Below, piece after piece: positions 34,452 to 43,850 of a stretch of 57,502 bases of DNA. The notes below the pieces were generated by a model, which did no database searches, was not told the origin of the DNA, and saw only the letters and a list, made by a program, of their open reading frames with translations. Within the stretch, counting starts at the first letter, position 1. Every line of letters starts with the position of its first letter. Both the position numbers and the translations under genes were made by a program. This DNA is from Patescibacteria group bacterium (GTDB lineage: Bacteria; Patescibacteriota; Patescibacteriia; JAGPKW01). The stretch spans positions 1 to 57,502 of the forward strand of contig JAIPJN010000002.1 in NCBI GenBank assembly GCA_021734125.1, given 5' to 3'.

Positions 34452-35411
34452 TTAACTTTTAAGCAGAGCAGAAATAAGTAAATTTTCTGCTTTTTTCTTT
34501 GTTAAACCCTTAGACATTAAACTTTCAAGTTTTTTATTATTAACTCCACCTAAACTGGCTTCATGAGTTATTCTAGATGAGCTATCAGCAACTTTTATAC
34601 AAGGATAAGCTGAAACTTCACCTTTATTTTGCAATATTTCATGACATTCAATATGTCCTAAATTATTTTTACCGGTAGATTCCATATAATTAAAAACCTT
34701 TGCAGTAGAATTATCAAAACTAGCAATTTTAGAAAGTAAAACAGCTTTAGAATTATTTTCATTCATAAAAACATTTTCTTTTATATTCGCAGTATCTTTA
34801 CCACTCATTTTCAAAGCTACACTAGCATCACAGGTAGCATTTTCCATCAACCTCATTTTATAATCAATTTTTAAATTTCCAACATATCCTTTTAAAACTT
34901 CAAATTTAGTTATAAATTTTGCATTTTTAGATACTAAAATATTACTTTTTGGATTTATATTTAAATTAGTATTATTTTCATTATGAGTATGTTTTTCAAT
35001 ATATTCTAAAGTAGAATTTTCTCCAATTTTTATATTTCCATTCATAATATGAAAAGCGCCATCAGCATTTGGAAATATACAAAAAGAATAAACTTTTATA
35101 TAAGAATTTTTTCCGATATTAAATTTTATTTTTAAATTTTGATTAAAATTTTTATTTAAAGATCCAAAACAAAAATCAACAGGATTTTTTATAATAGTAT
35201 TATCCAAAACGTTTATATTAAGCATTAAACTATCTTTTTTTTCAGTAAAAGATAATTCAAGTCCTTCAACTTTTCTTGAAAAATTAACTTTATTTTCAGA
35301 AACAATTACAGTAGCAACATCTGTATTTTTTATTTCTTCATGTATTTCAGCTATTTTAGTTATATCTGTATTATTTTTTCCGGTGTGTTTTTGTGACTGC
35401 ATTTTATACAC
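34452..35411 (-). CDS. SufB/SufD-family Fe-S assembly protein
   Basis: C-terminal ...SSRITHEASLGGVNNKKLESLMSKGLTKKKAENLLISALL matches the SufB/D tail. Sits directly downstream of the sufC-like gene. Confidence 0.75.
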   Translation of the reverse strand: MYKMQSQKHTGKNNTDITKIAEIHEEIKNTDVATVIVSENKVNFSRKVEGLELSFTEKKDSLMLNINVLDNTIIKNPVDFCFGSLNKNFNQNLKIKFNIGKNSYIKVYSFCIFPNADGAFHIMNGNIKIGENSTLEYIEKHTHNENNTNLNINPKSNILVSKNAKFITKFEVLKGYVGNLKIDYKMRLMENATCDASVALKMSGKDTANIKENVFMNENNSKAVLLSKIASFDNSTAKVFNYMESTGKNNLGHIECHEILQNKGEVSAYPCIKVADSSSRITHEASLGGVNNKKLESLMSKGLTKKKAENLLISALLKS

Positions 35412-36088
35412 TTATTTTTAAAATATTTATTTATATATTTACTTTCACCAAAATCAACTAAATTTCCATTACATACTAAATACGAATAATCTGTTTTTTC
35501 TAATATTTCAATATTATGAGTTATTACTATAACTATAGAATGCATTTTCTGAAATTCACGAAGCATTTTTGAAATAAAATCTATAGAATTTATATCAATT
35601 CCAGAATCAGGCTCATCTAATATAATTACTTTGGGTTTCATAAGAAGAATACTAGCAAATTCAACTCTTTTTCTCTCTCCACCTGATAAAGTTTCATCTA
35701 AATTTCTTTCTAAATATAATTCTGAATCTAAGCCAACTTTTTCCAAACATTTTTTTTGTTTTAAAATATCAGAATCATTTATAGACAAATAATCATTTAT
35801 ACTTATTCCAGAGTATCTAACAGGTTCTTGTAAAGTCATAGTTATTCCTAAATTAACTCTTTTTGTTATATTTAAATTTTTTATAGATTTATTATTAAAA
35901 ATAACATCACCATCAAATTTATTATAACCAGAAAAACCCATAATTAATTTTCCAATAGTAGATTTTCCTGCACCATTTGGACCAACTAAGGAATAAACTT
36001 TTTTACTATCAAAATTTAAAGATAAGTTATTTATAATTATTTTATTATCTTTGATAAATTTTATATTTTGAAATTCAAGTTTATTCAT
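35360..36088 (-). CDS. sufC: Fe-S assembly ATPase SufC-like (ABC ATPase)
   Basis: Walker A GPNGAGKST, signature LSGGERKRVE, Walker B IILDEPDSGID. 4-nt overlap with xth. Confidence 0.8.
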   Translation of the reverse strand: MNKLEFQNIKFIKDNKIIINNLSLNFDSKKVYSLVGPNGAGKSTIGKLIMGFSGYNKFDGDVIFNNKSIKNLNITKRVNLGITMTLQEPVRYSGISINDYLSINDSDILKQKKCLEKVGLDSELYLERNLDETLSGGERKRVEFASILLMKPKVIILDEPDSGIDINSIDFISKMLREFQKMHSIVIVITHNIEILEKTDYSYLVCNGNLVDFGESKYINKYFKNKCIKCSHKNTPEKIIQI

Positions 36089-36864
36089 ATATTTATTTTT
36101 ATACCAATAGGGCAGTGATCAGACCCAAAAACATTACTTAACATAAATGCATCTTCTAAACTATCCTTTAATATACTAGAAATACAAAAATAATCAATTC
36201 TCCAACCACTATTATTTTTTCTAGCATTAAACATATAACTCCACCAAGAATATTTTATTTCAGTAGGATATAAATATCTAAAAGTATCAATAAGTCCAGA
36301 ATTTAAAAATTTAGAAAAATTATTTCTTTCAGTATCAGTAAAACCAGCGTTTCCAGGCTTTGTTTTTGTAGTTTTATTAGATTGAGGATTTTTTAGATCA
36401 ATTTCAGTATGAGCAACATTTAAATCTCCAGAGATAATAACAGGTTTAGATTTTTCTAATTTTTTTACATATTGTAGAAATTTTTTATCCCAAATTTTTC
36501 TAAATTCCAATCTTTTTAAATCTCTTCCAGAATTAGGGGTATAGACGTTTATTAAATAAAAATTTTCAAATTCTAAAGTTATAACCCTACCTTCTTTATC
36601 AAGTTCAGGAGTTTTAAGATTATAGATAATTTTTAAAGGTTTTATCTTAGAATAAATAGCAGTTCCACTATAGCCCTTCTTTTCTGCTGAATTCATATAA
36701 AAATTATAGCCTTTTATATTTTTTAATTCTTTTGGGTATGTATCTTCTTGAGCTTTTATTTCTTGTAAACATAAAATATCTGGATTTTCATTTTTAAAAA
36801 AATCTAAAAAGCCATTTTTGAAAGAAGCCCTTATCCCATTAACATTCCAAGATATAAATTTCAT
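36085..36864 (-). CDS. xth: exodeoxyribonuclease III
   Basis: MKFISWNVNGIRA...LCLQE...GDLNVAH...SDHCPI, the EEP nuclease motifs. Confidence 0.92.
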   Translation of the reverse strand: MKFISWNVNGIRASFKNGFLDFFKNENPDILCLQEIKAQEDTYPKELKNIKGYNFYMNSAEKKGYSGTAIYSKIKPLKIIYNLKTPELDKEGRVITLEFENFYLINVYTPNSGRDLKRLEFRKIWDKKFLQYVKKLEKSKPVIISGDLNVAHTEIDLKNPQSNKTTKTKPGNAGFTDTERNNFSKFLNSGLIDTFRYLYPTEIKYSWWSYMFNARKNNSGWRIDYFCISSILKDSLEDAFMLSNVFGSDHCPIGIKINI

Positions 36865-36943
36865 ATATTTATTTTAGTCTATATAAACAAGATTAACACA
36901 TAAAATATCATTTTAAAAATAAAATATATATTAAAATCTGTAG

Positions 36944-36963
36944 GGGCTAGCCATGGCTAGCCC
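36944..36963. repeat. 20-bp perfect palindrome gggctagccatggctagccc
   Basis: Preceded by ctgtag. CCATGG core as in module A. Confidence 0.85.
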
Positions 36964-37049
36964 TAAATTTTATATTAAATTAATAATAAACAATTTGACA
37001 AATTAACAACATTACTTTAATATTTAGATAACTATCTAAATAAAAACAT

Positions 37050-37307
37050 ATGAATGAAATATTTTTAGCGCTATCAGATCCAAATAGGAGGAAAATATTG
37101 CAGATATTAAAAAAAAGAGATATGTCTGCGGGGGAAATATTAAAATATTTTGATATAAGAGGATCCTCTTTATCACATCACTTGGATGTGTTAAAAAAAG
37201 CAGAACTTGTTACATCTCAAAAAAAAGGAAAATATATTTTTTACTCTTTAAATGCTTCATTTTTAGAAAGAGTTTTAACAAAATTTTTTAATAATTTAAA
37301 AAAATAA
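37050..37307 (+). CDS. ArsR/SdpR-type transcriptional regulator
   Basis: LSDPNRRKILQIL...SAGEI...SSLSHHLDVLKKAELV is a winged-HTH ArsR pattern. Confidence 0.85.
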   Translation: MNEIFLALSDPNRRKILQILKKRDMSAGEILKYFDIRGSSLSHHLDVLKKAELVTSQKKGKYIFYSLNASFLERVLTKFFNNLKK

Positions 37308-37308
37308 T

Positions 37309-37956
37309 ATGAGAAAAATAAATAAAATAATGATTGCAGAATTTTCTTTATTATTAATTGTATTATTAATAACAATATTTTTATGGAATGATCTTCCTGA
37401 TAGAATCCCAATGCATTGGAATATTAATGGAGAAGTAGATAAATATAGCAATAAATTAAATGGATTATTAGGCTTATTTTCAATACCCTTACTTTTTTCT
37501 ATACTTTATCCTATTTTTAGAAAAATTGATCCAAAAAATAAAAAATATGAACAATTTGAAAAAACTTGGAAAATACTTAATATAACAATATTTTCATTTT
37601 TCATATATTTATATTTAATAACAATTTTTTTAACATTAAATCCGCAATATAGTATAGAGCCATTTATTTTAGGAGGTATAGGGACTATGTTTATTATTAT
37701 GGGGAATTATATGTCTAAAATAAAACAAAATTATTTTATTGGAGTAAAAACTCCATGGGCTATAGAAAATGAAGATAATTGGAATAAAACTCATAGATTA
37801 GCGGGAATATGTTTTATAATTTCAGGTTTATTATTTATAATTGAAATATTTTTAAGTGTAAGTCCAATTTATATATTAATACCAGTAATAGTAGCTTGTG
37901 CTATAATTCCAATATTATACTCTTACATTTTATATAAAAAAAATAAGAAAAAATAA
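37309..37956 (+). CDS. SdpI/YhfL-family membrane protein
   Basis: N-terminal LPDRIPMHWNINGEVDKY (DUF1648 pattern), then GNYMSKIKQNYFIGVKTPW...WNKTHRLAG (SdpI pattern). Starts 2 nt after arsR. Confidence 0.75.
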   Translation: MRKINKIMIAEFSLLLIVLLITIFLWNDLPDRIPMHWNINGEVDKYSNKLNGLLGLFSIPLLFSILYPIFRKIDPKNKKYEQFEKTWKILNITIFSFFIYLYLITIFLTLNPQYSIEPFILGGIGTMFIIMGNYMSKIKQNYFIGVKTPWAIENEDNWNKTHRLAGICFIISGLLFIIEIFLSVSPIYILIPVIVACAIIPILYSYILYKKNKKK

Positions 37957-38972
37957 TGATATTAAAAACTGCAGAATGCGTTACACCAAAACATCCAGAC
38001 AAAATGGCTGATAATATTTCAGATTCAATTTTAGATTATTTTTTGGAAAAGGATGAAAATTCTAGAGTTGCGATAGAAGTTTTAGGTGGTCATAAAAAAA
38101 TATATATTTGTGGAGAGATAACAACTAATGCTAATTATAAGAATGAAGAAATAGAGAAAATAGTAAAAAATATATATGCAAATGTAGAAGATATAGAAAT
38201 AAATATAGTAAAACAAAGCCCAGAAATAGCAAAAGGCGTAGATATAGGTGGAGCTGGGGATCAAGGAATAATGATTGGATATGCTTGTTTAGATAATGAA
38301 GAAAATATTCCTCAAGAATTATATCTTTCAAGAAGTCTATGTAAATTTATATATCAAAAATATCCATTTGATGGTAAAACTCAAATCACAATAAATAAAA
38401 ATAAAGAAATTCAATCAATTGTTTGTAGTTTTCAAAATGTTTTAACAAAAGATTTAGAAATTGAAATAAAAAAATGGTATAAAAAAGAATATAATAAAGA
38501 TTATATTAATAAATTATATATAAATCCTTGTGGTGATTGGAAAATTGGAGGATTTGATGCTGATACAGGTTTAACTGGTAGGAAAATAGCTGTAGATAAT
38601 TATGGACCTCAGGTTGAAATAGGTGGTGGATGTTTTTCTGGGAAAGATTATACAAAAGTAGATAGATCTGGAGCTTATAAGGCTAGACAAATAGCTTTAT
38701 ATTTCTTAAAAAATGCTAAAAATTTTGTAAAAGTTAAAATAGCCTATTCTATAGGAATAGAATATCCAGTGATGATTAGTCTAAATATAGATGGGAAAGA
38801 TATTGATTTAGAAAAAAAAGACAATGCTTTATATAAAAAATTATTAAAAGATTGCTCGGTAAAAAATATTGTAAAAGATTTAAAATTAAAAAATCCTATA
38901 TATAAAAACACATCAAAATGGGGACATTTTGGAAATAAAACTTTTAATTGGGAAAATACTAATTCTTTTTAA
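37956..38972 (+). CDS. metK: S-adenosylmethionine synthetase (compact form, 338 aa)
   Basis: KHPDKMADNISD, GAGDQGIMIGYA, GGGCFSGKDYTKVDRSGAYKAR, C-terminal WGHFG. The ATG overlaps the sdpI stop (TAATG). Confidence 0.88.
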   Translation: MILKTAECVTPKHPDKMADNISDSILDYFLEKDENSRVAIEVLGGHKKIYICGEITTNANYKNEEIEKIVKNIYANVEDIEINIVKQSPEIAKGVDIGGAGDQGIMIGYACLDNEENIPQELYLSRSLCKFIYQKYPFDGKTQITINKNKEIQSIVCSFQNVLTKDLEIEIKKWYKKEYNKDYINKLYINPCGDWKIGGFDADTGLTGRKIAVDNYGPQVEIGGGCFSGKDYTKVDRSGAYKARQIALYFLKNAKNFVKVKIAYSIGIEYPVMISLNIDGKDIDLEKKDNALYKKLLKDCSVKNIVKDLKLKNPIYKNTSKWGHFGNKTFNWENTNSF

Positions 38973-39531
38973 ATATTATTTTATAATAATTTAGATGCCA
39001 GAATATATGTATTATAGATATAATACTCATAGCTATGCCTAAATTCACATGAGGTTTTATTAATTGAAGATAGGGGATAGTAATTCCATAATTTATTCCA
39101 AAAGCTAAAATTAATCCAGAAATTCCAGAAATCAAAAAAGTTACTAAAAGTAAAATATTCCAAATTCTTTTATGAGTTATCAATTTTATTTTATTTTTCT
39201 TTTGTAAAATCCAGGTTAAAAAATATAATAATATTGGACTAAAAAACCATAATATAAAATTATAAGGTCTTTCTGTCTCAATTTTTTCTTCAGTTTTAAT
39301 TTCAAAATTATCAATAATATCTTTATCTTTTAAATCTGTATATAAAATATTTTTTTCTTCTATATTTTCTTCTATTAAATTATCACATTCTCCATCTCCA
39401 TTTTCATCAACATATAAAGGACAAGGATGATCACATTCGGTTTTACCTTTTGGACAATCTAATGCAAAAGTAGTATTTATATAAAATAATGTTATTAAGA
39501 TAATAAAAAAAGAAGAAATAATTTTTCTCAT
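38959..39531 (-). CDS. membrane protein with Cys/Asp-rich extracytoplasmic N-terminus
   Basis: Signal-like N-terminus, DCPKGKTECDHPCPLYVDENGDGECD, then about 4 TM helices. 14-nt convergent overlap with the metK 3' end. Confidence 0.5.
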   Translation of the reverse strand: MRKIISSFFIILITLFYINTTFALDCPKGKTECDHPCPLYVDENGDGECDNLIEENIEEKNILYTDLKDKDIIDNFEIKTEEKIETERPYNFILWFFSPILLYFLTWILQKKNKIKLITHKRIWNILLLVTFLISGISGLILAFGINYGITIPYLQLIKPHVNLGIAMSIISIIHIFWHLNYYKIIFKKN

Positions 39532-39662
39532 AATTTAATTTAATACTTATATAGGTATTACTAAATTATATACAAAATATATTCAAAATAAAAAACGGGT
39601 TTCTATTATAGAAACCCGAAAAAGATAATAAAAAGGTGTAAGATATTATCTTTTAAGAGAAA

Positions 39663-39857
39663 TTAATCAATTTTTGTACTGATGTTACCATCTCTATCGA
39701 CAGACGTTATAACATGAACATTAACGGGATCAGGTCCTTTATCGAGATGATCGACAATATCAGCCCTATCTCCTTTATGTTGAACTTGCGTTAGATGGTC
39801 TTTACTTCCAATATTGAAAGTCTGTCCTGGATTTACAACTCCACTAATTTTACTCAT
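39663..39857 (-). CDS. hypothetical 64-aa protein (P2)
   Basis: AGGAGG (39869-39864) upstream of the ATG. Promoter TTGCAA (39916-39911), 17 nt, TATATA (39893-39888). Hairpin cgggtttc..gaaacccg at 39597-39619 acts as terminator. Confidence 0.6.
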   Translation of the reverse strand: MSKISGVVNPGQTFNIGSKDHLTQVQHKGDRADIVDHLDKGPDPVNVHVITSVDRDGNISTKID

Positions 39858-39972
39858 ATTGATCCTCCTTAAATTGAATATATAATATATATAACAAAGA
39901 ATTAAAATAATTGCAAATCTGAATAAAAAGTATTAGAGTGTAAATAACAAAAATATATGGAGGAAAAAAAAT

Positions 39973-41280
39973 ATGGAAGAAGATCGCATTATTAAAAATT
40001 ACATTCTTGATACAAATGTTTTAATTCATGATCCCGATTCATTATTTTCTTTTGAGAATAACAATGTATATATTCCATTTATTGTTATTCAAGAATTAGA
40101 TGGATTGAAGAAAGAAGAAGGAGAAGTTGGAAGAAATGCAAGGGAGGCAATACGAAATATAGATTCAATTGGAATTGATAATAAAATAACTGAAGAAAAA
40201 GGTTTTTTATTAATTATCAATGTCGAAGGCATAAATAAATTAAAAGGAGATATTAAAAAAAATGATGATATTATAATTTCTTCAGCTATAATTTTGAAAG
40301 AAGATCTTAAAAAAAAATCAATTAATCAAGAAATAATATTAATTAGTAAAGATCAAGCAGTTAGAATAAAGGCAGAGATACATAAAGTAGAAACTGAAGA
40401 TTATAAAAAAGATAAAACAGATAGATTTGAGAATTATGGTATAATTTTTCCAGAAAATGAAGATTATACAAATGGTATAAGATCTGTTAGATATCAAATT
40501 GATGAAAAAGATGGGTTTGCGTATAAAAAAATTTGGGGAGAAAATGAAAAACAACTTTTAAGAAAAGTTAAACCTATTTATGGGATATTTCCAAAAAATA
40601 TGGAGCAAGAATGTTCTATGTTAGCTTTAATGGATAAATCTATAGACATTGTAGCTTTAACTGGAAAAGCCGGAACTGGAAAAACTTTTATTGCTATTTT
40701 ACTTGCTATGCTTGAAAGGGAATTGAATAATTATGAACAAATCATAATTACAAGACCTAATATTCCGATAAACAGATCTTATGAGTTGGGATTTAAGCCT
40801 GGTGATACTGGTGAAAAAATGCAAGAATGGACGGAACCTATAATAGATAATATTAAAATTATATTGAGATATTGTCTTAAAAGAAAAAAAGAAAATACTC
40901 AAGTTAATAAAAGGAACTTTTCTGGGAAATCTATATATTCTACAAAAAAATTTGAGGGCTTAATAAAAGAAGAGTTAATAATTGTTCAACCTTTAGAATC
41001 AATAAGGGGAAGAAGCCTTTCTAACAAATTCTTTATAATAGACGAAGCTCAAAATTTAACACCAAAAGATATGAAAACTATCATAACTAGGTGTGGAGAA
41101 GGAACTAAAGTTGTTTTAACTGGGGATTTAGATCAAATTGATTCTAGATTTTTAGATAAAACTTCTAATGGCCTTGCTTATTTGATTGATAAATTTTTGG
41201 ATGAAGAAAATTTTTGTTTTATTAATCTTACAGAGATTTTAAGATCAAAATTAGCTAATCAAGCTGCAAATTTGCTTTAA
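39973..41280 (+). CDS. PIN-domain + PhoH-like ATPase (PhoH2/YlaK type)
   Basis: N-terminal YILDTNVLIHDP...IPFIVIQELD (PIN). Walker A GKAGTGKT and IIDEAQNLT in the PhoH part. Confidence 0.88.
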   Translation: MEEDRIIKNYILDTNVLIHDPDSLFSFENNNVYIPFIVIQELDGLKKEEGEVGRNAREAIRNIDSIGIDNKITEEKGFLLIINVEGINKLKGDIKKNDDIIISSAIILKEDLKKKSINQEIILISKDQAVRIKAEIHKVETEDYKKDKTDRFENYGIIFPENEDYTNGIRSVRYQIDEKDGFAYKKIWGENEKQLLRKVKPIYGIFPKNMEQECSMLALMDKSIDIVALTGKAGTGKTFIAILLAMLERELNNYEQIIITRPNIPINRSYELGFKPGDTGEKMQEWTEPIIDNIKIILRYCLKRKKENTQVNKRNFSGKSIYSTKKFEGLIKEELIIVQPLESIRGRSLSNKFFIIDEAQNLTPKDMKTIITRCGEGTKVVLTGDLDQIDSRFLDKTSNGLAYLIDKFLDEENFCFINLTEILRSKLANQAANLL

Positions 41281-41287
41281 AAATAAA

Positions 41288-41318
41288 AACCATGTAAGTA
41301 ATTTACATGGTTTTTTTA
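41288..41318 (+). terminator. intrinsic terminator
   Basis: aaccatgtaa-N5-ttacatggtt followed by a T-run. Confidence 0.75.
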
Positions 41319-41340
41319 TTTTGTTCGGAAATAGTCAATT

Positions 41341-41417
41341 TGGGGTGGTATATGGGGCTCGAACCCATGACAACCGGGACCACAACCCGATGCTCTACCA
41401 ACTGAGCTAATACCACC
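41341..41417 (-). tRNA. tRNA-His (anticodon GUG) with encoded G-1
   Basis: The reverse complement is G(-1)-GTGGTAT...anticodon loop TTGTGGT...ATACCAC-C-CCA. The extra 5' G opposite discriminator C is the His identity element. Confidence 0.95.
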
Positions 41418-41531
41418 ATAAAATATAGAAAAATAATAACATTATATAACCCAAAAGTCAATTTTAAAAAATAAAAAATAAAAACGAAATATTGTGAATA
41501 TAAAATAATTTATTAATTTTAAAAAATGTAG

Positions 41532-41551
41532 TGGCCAACCATGGTTGGCCA
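41532..41551. repeat. module A palindrome tggccaaccatggttggcca
   Basis: Identical to 10743-10762, with the same tgtag 5' flank. Confidence 0.9.
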
Positions 41552-41701
41552 TAATAAATATAATTTATAATATTATAAAATAATACAATAATTTATTAAT
41601 CAAACATCAAAAATTTACCAAAAATTTGACAAAAAAACAATAAAATATTATTCTTAAAACAAGATTAGTATAAGATGCATAAATAATTTATTCAGTATCT
41701 T

Positions 41702-42106
41702 ATGCATAAATATAATACAATACAAAACTCAGATAATCCAACATATTTAGAAAAAAGACACACTCCACAAATAAAAAAAATTTCAGATTATGAAATAGAA
41801 GTTAGTGTTGATTTTAAATTTGTTACAGACAGAAAAAAGAAAAGAAAAAAGTTTCTATATTTGTGTGATGCCAATGGGTGTATTATAGAAGAAAGAAAAT
41901 TAAAAAAATTAGAAGATTACAAAGAAGGAAAAATAGTTGAAATATTTAATATTAATGAAATAAATAAAAGAGAAAAAGAAGAAGCAGAAATAGATGATAG
42001 GGAAGAAATACCACATTACAGAGATATAGAAGATGAATATCATGCAATATTTCATTGTGATATACATGGAGATTGGGTAGATAAAGATTTTCCAATGTTA
42101 TATTAG
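41702..42106 (+). CDS. hypothetical protein
   Basis: 134-aa ORF, very K/E-rich in the middle. TTGACA at 41626-41631 upstream. Only weak local resemblance to superoxide reductase motifs (see rejected list). Confidence 0.5.
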   Translation: MHKYNTIQNSDNPTYLEKRHTPQIKKISDYEIEVSVDFKFVTDRKKKRKKFLYLCDANGCIIEERKLKKLEDYKEGKIVEIFNINEINKREKEEAEIDDREEIPHYRDIEDEYHAIFHCDIHGDWVDKDFPMLY

Positions 42107-42265
42107 ATAAATCTCTCTAAAAAAGAGAGATTTTTTATTTTAATATCATAAGGGTGTTATTCCGGTAATAAAAATAATTAATAAGAATAAATAAAAATTT
42201 GTAATATTAAACAAATTTTGTTAAAATTTAGGTAAATATTACCAAGTTATAGGAGGTATTTAATT

Positions 42266-42379
42266 ATGAGTAAAGGCGGTGGTCAAGGTGGTCATGGTAC
42301 TGGAAATGCAGGCTCCGGAGGACAATCTGGAGGAGGTGGTGGTTCCGCTGGTGGAGGAACTGGAGGAAGAGGAAAATAA
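42266..42379 (+). CDS. 37-aa glycine-rich peptide (below the ORF-track cutoff)
   Basis: AGGAGG at 42251-42256. MSKGGGQGGHGTGNAGSGGQSGGGGGSAGGGTGGRGK. Terminator directly downstream. The 60-aa minus-strand ORF here is its shadow. Confidence 0.55.
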   Translation: MSKGGGQGGHGTGNAGSGGQSGGGGGSAGGGTGGRGK

Positions 42380-42396
42380 ATTTTCTCAACACATTA

Positions 42397-42424
42397 AGCC
42401 CTCTCATAAAACAGAGGGCTTTTA
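42397..42424 (+). terminator. hairpin between the Gly-rich peptide gene and the M16 peptidase gene
   Basis: agccctct-N8-agagggct followed by ttt, then the peptidase ATG 12 nt later. Confidence 0.6.
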
Positions 42425-42435
42425 ATCTATTTTTT

Positions 42436-43644
42436 ATGCAACACAATATTCAAGAAATAAAATTAAAATCAGGAGTACCTTTAATTCACATTAAAGGAGA
42501 TTTTGATTTTTCTATTTGCTCTTTTAATATTAAGTCCGGATTTTCAAGTGATGAAAAAACAAAAAATGGAACAGCACATTTATTAGAACATTTATTTGAT
42601 AAAAATAATTCATTTAAAACAGAAAATGATAAGCATTTATTTTTAGATAAGAATTTGATTGAATATTATGCTTACACATATCCTAAATTTACCTCATATT
42701 ATACTATTAATCCTAATTCAAACTTTAATATAGCTCTAAATTTTTTAATAGATTCAATAAATAACTTGTTCATTTCTAGAGAAAATTTAAAAAAAGAAAA
42801 AGATATAATATTATCAGAATTATCAGAAAATAATTCAAACGTAAATCAATATTATTGGCAGTTAATATACAAAAATTTATTCAAAAATCACTCATTAGCT
42901 AATAATGTTTTTGGGGATAATGAATCTATAAAAAAAATAAAATCTATAGATTTAATAAACTTTAAAAATAAATTTTATACATTAGATAATATATATTTTT
43001 TAACAGCTGGGAATTTTAATATAGAAAGAATAAAAGATCTTTTGGAAAACAAAGAATTAAAATTAAATAAAAAAAGTGAAAATAAAAAAAGACTTCCAAA
43101 AGAAATAAATCATTATAAAAAATATAAAAAAAATTTAGAAAATACAATATTATTAATTTCTTTTAGATTAAATAATATAGGAGAAGATTTTATAACAACT
43201 GATTTTATTAAAGAATATTTATGTTCCTCATATACATCTGCTTTAATACAAAGATTTAGAGTTCAAGAAGGAATTACATATTGGCCAGAATCTGAAGTAG
43301 GTTATTTAGAGGATACTGGATATATAAGTTTTAAATTTAATATAAATATAAAAAATCAACAAAAAATATTAAATGGATTTAAAGAAGAAATAGAAAAATT
43401 AAAAAAGATAAAACAAAAAGATTTAGAACATTTTAAAAAATCTTTCATTATTAATAATAAAAGATATTATTCAGATTTAGAAAGATTAATAAATTTTTAT
43501 ATAGTTCAATACAGAAATAATAATAAAATAATTCATTTAGATGAATATTTTAATAAAATATCAAATATAAAAGCAGAAGATATTTCAAATTTTGCTAAAA
43601 AATATTTTATAGAAGAAAATTTCTCAGTAGTAGAAATTGAATAA
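42436..43644 (+). CDS. M16-family (pitrilysin/insulinase-like) zinc peptidase
   Basis: Inverted zinc motif GTAHLLEHLF (HxxEH) near the N-terminus. 402 aa, two-lobed size. Confidence 0.8.
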   Translation: MQHNIQEIKLKSGVPLIHIKGDFDFSICSFNIKSGFSSDEKTKNGTAHLLEHLFDKNNSFKTENDKHLFLDKNLIEYYAYTYPKFTSYYTINPNSNFNIALNFLIDSINNLFISRENLKKEKDIILSELSENNSNVNQYYWQLIYKNLFKNHSLANNVFGDNESIKKIKSIDLINFKNKFYTLDNIYFLTAGNFNIERIKDLLENKELKLNKKSENKKRLPKEINHYKKYKKNLENTILLISFRLNNIGEDFITTDFIKEYLCSSYTSALIQRFRVQEGITYWPESEVGYLEDTGYISFKFNINIKNQQKILNGFKEEIEKLKKIKQKDLEHFKKSFIINNKRYYSDLERLINFYIVQYRNNNKIIHLDEYFNKISNIKAEDISNFAKKYFIEENFSVVEIE

Positions 43645-43649
43645 AAAAA

Positions 43650-43676
43650 CAGTAAGATTAACACTTACTGTTTTTT
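43650..43676 (+). terminator. intrinsic terminator
   Basis: cagtaag-N7-cttactg followed by tttttt. Confidence 0.7.
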
Positions 43677-43690
43677 AGGAATGTTATTTT

Positions 43691-43850
43691 TCGCTCTTCG
43701 AGCTATAAATAACATACTTTGCTTCAATTACTCATCTATAAATGGCTGTGCCATCCAAAGCTCGGAAGAGCGAAGGGTGGCTGTGTCATCCAAAGCTCGG
43801 AAGAGCGAAGGGTGGCTGTGCCATTCGTAGCTTCGTAAGAAGCGAAGAAT
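43691..43850 (-). repeat. tRNA-trailer repeat block (53-bp unique part + 3x 35-37 bp hairpin units)
   Basis: Units at 43744-43778, 43779-43813 and 43814-43850. The block aligns with 51641-51773 and abuts the tRNA CCA end. Confidence 0.9.

Noticed and set aside
41702-42106. Superoxide reductase (desulfoferrodoxin-type) assignment for the 134-aa ORF
   Set aside because: EKRHTPQI and FHCDIHGDW echo the SOR EKHVP and C-x-x-H-G-x-W motifs. However, the two central His ligands (the HP...H region) are absent, there is an extra residue in the first motif, and the middle is K/E-rich low complexity. That is not enough for a functional call.
42264-42446. 60-aa minus-strand ORF
   Set aside because: It is a shadow of the GC-rich glycine-codon run. 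The plus-strand 37-aa ORF has the AGGAGG site and the terminator, and this ORF has neither.
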